From the NCBI GenBank assembly GCA_051117555.1, contig JBNPEG010000174.1:1-40577 (forward strand): a stretch of 40,577 bases of DNA, read 5' to 3'. Position 1 is the first letter of the stretch; each line of letters starts with the position of its first letter. Shown one piece after another: positions 39,041 to 40,577 of the stretch. The notes beneath the pieces were generated by a model. It had not been told where the DNA came from and made no database searches. It saw only the letters and a program-made list of their open reading frames with translations. The DNA comes from Elainellaceae cyanobacterium (GTDB taxonomy: Bacteria > Cyanobacteriota > Cyanobacteriia > CAZCXK01). Both the position numbers and the translations under genes were made by a program.

Positions 39041-40237
39041 ATGACTACTAGGATCATGTCGTTCCGCGTGCCAGAAGAACTTGCACAAAAAATTGAGCAC
39101 CAAGCTCAACATGCCGGGGAAAGCAGAACGACCATTGTTCTTAAAGCACTGCTGCGCGTGTTTGACCAATCCCCTCTGCAACTCCCAGCATCGATCACAA
39201 CACGCCCTCAAGACCTTGAAAGTCTCGAACAGCAAATCAGAGAGTGGTCTACTCATCTTGATAGATTGCAGCATGATCCTCAGATGGATCAGCGTGAGCT
39301 TCAACGAGTGGTTTCCCTTAAGCAGGCACTGTCTAGCTTGTCAGAGGCAACGTTGGGGAAGGGAAACTCCTCACACGCTCAGTCAGCAGACGTTTTGACG
39401 TATGACAGAGCGATCGCATCTTCAATTCCTTCATGTAAAGAATCCTGTATGGCTGGTTCTCAACTGGTCAATACGTTTGGTCAGATTCTTGCGTTCGCCG
39501 CAGATTTGGTCTTCGTCTTAGATCGGGCAGGACGGTTTACCTATTTGAATCCTGCGGGCTCCTGGGTCTTTGATCTAGAGCCCGGTCAAGTTTTGGGAAA
39601 AACCTGGGAAGAACTTGGGTTTTCTCACGAAACGGCTCATTCATTTATATCTCAGTGCGATCTAGCAGCCTGTACTGCTCAACCGATTTATGGTGGGTTT
39701 CAGATTTCGATCACAGGTGCCCCAAGAGATTATGAATATAGTCTCAGTGCAGTCAGGGGCGATCGCGGTCAGGTTGATTCATTCATCTGTATTTCACGAG
39801 ATATAACTAAGCATAAACAGGTCGAAGCGGCATTACTAGAATCTGAAGAAAAATATCGAAACTTATTCGAATCATCGAATGACGCGATTTTTATCATTGA
39901 TGCAGAAACATATCAGATTATTGACGCAAATTGGAGTGCATCAAGACAGCTTGGTTATACGCGTCGAGAGATTCTTCGCCTCACCCTTGATGATATTGAG
40001 TTACCCATGACGCCATTGCGCCGTGACGCAATTTTTCGCGAATTAGATATTAAAGGTTCTATTATTTTTGAACATGTTTACTGTCGGAAAGATGGTAGAC
40101 ATGTTGCGGTGGAAGTGAATAGCCGCCTGATTGAATATGGGGATGCGATCGCCATTCAAAACTTCGTTCGAGATATTAGCGAACGGAAGCAAGCTGAAGC
40201 AAAAATTCAAGAACTCTGCGCCCGACTCGATCCTTAA
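39041..40237 (+). CDS. Ribbon-helix-helix (CopG-like) + coiled coil + PAS-PAS protein
   Basis: RIMSFRVPEELAQKIEHQAQHAGESRTTIVLKAL (RHH pattern); PAS1 DLVFVLDRAGRFTYLN..RDIT; PAS2 DAIFIID..DAN..LGY..RDIS. Confidence 0.85.
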   Translation: MTTRIMSFRVPEELAQKIEHQAQHAGESRTTIVLKALLRVFDQSPLQLPASITTRPQDLESLEQQIREWSTHLDRLQHDPQMDQRELQRVVSLKQALSSLSEATLGKGNSSHAQSADVLTYDRAIASSIPSCKESCMAGSQLVNTFGQILAFAADLVFVLDRAGRFTYLNPAGSWVFDLEPGQVLGKTWEELGFSHETAHSFISQCDLAACTAQPIYGGFQISITGAPRDYEYSLSAVRGDRGQVDSFICISRDITKHKQVEAALLESEEKYRNLFESSNDAIFIIDAETYQIIDANWSASRQLGYTRREILRLTLDDIELPMTPLRRDAIFRELDIKGSIIFEHVYCRKDGRHVAVEVNSRLIEYGDAIAIQNFVRDISERKQAEAKIQELCARLDP

Positions 40238-40397
40238 GAGCGTAATAGATATTCTAGAATGTTTTCTATACCAGACTATTTCCTATGCAAAGACAGAGTA
40301 AATATGTCTGCAAAGATATAGCTTGGGTAAGTACGGTGGTGTGGGGCGCGGCGCATCCCACATCACCGTTTCTGTCCTTGACGCAATTGCACATTGC

Positions 40398-40493
40398 TAT
40401 AGCCGTACGCTCTCGCGTTAGGACGTTGAACGTGTGGTGAGCCCCCGCGGCGCGGGGGCTCACCACACAAACCTAAGCCCATAGGGCTCTATA
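40398..40493 (+). mobile_element. MITE family A, best-preserved copy
   Basis: TATAGCCGTAC..TAGGGCTCTATA ends; perfect internal stem GTGTGGTGAGCCCCCGCG / CGCGGGGGCTCACCACAC. Confidence 0.85.
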
Positions 40494-40552
40494 AGAAATA
40501 TGTCCAAAGGGGAATAGAAATTTGATGGATCGAGATATAACAGACATATAAA

Positions 40553-40577
40553 TATAGCGATCCCAAATTACTTATGA
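40553..40577 (+). mobile_element. Start of a family B MITE or IS630-type element (runs off window)
   Basis: TATAGCGATCCCAAATTACTTATGA matches the minus strand at ~15100-15118. Confidence 0.5.

Noticed and set aside
1..40577. Abundant GCGATCGC as a novel repeat
   Set aside because: This is the well-known cyanobacterial HIP1 sequence; it was used only as taxonomic evidence.

Overview
Cyanobacterial chromosomal DNA, judged from the very frequent HIP1 octamer GCGATCGC, cyanobacteriochrome (CBCR) GAF domains, CruP and DnaK3. The window opens with an IS630-type end and a MITE that together break a Cys-rich gene. Next come a divergent treS-maltokinase fusion / malQ pair, a stand-alone RpoA alpha-CTD-like gene and a DUF3024-like gene. 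A ~10.5 kb putative iron-starvation island (7035-17566) follows. It holds a secreted histidine phosphatase with two (EGG)9 tracts, a PiuC/YbiX dioxygenase, two Fur paralogues, a TonB-anchor-like Pro-rich protein, futB, a pentapeptide lipoprotein, futA/idiA, an IdiB-like Crp regulator, an alpha/beta-hydrolase lacking the elbow Ser, and several Fur-box-like palindromes. After it lie MscS/CmpX-like, SRPBCC, SirB1-like and cruP genes, a CBS-PAS-CBCR hybrid kinase, an orphan dppC, a 12 x 21-bp repeat array, DUF2267, dnaK3-dnaJ and an orphan three-GAF PixJ-like photoreceptor MCP. The last genes are a divergent pair (small Cys/Gly-zipper protein and an RHH-PAS-PAS protein) separated by two copies of a palindrome. 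Intergenic DNA is dense with MITEs, REP-like elements and a 26-bp micro-element found only inside REPs. No rRNA, tRNA or CRISPR array was seen. All family calls come from motif recognition by eye; no database search was run.
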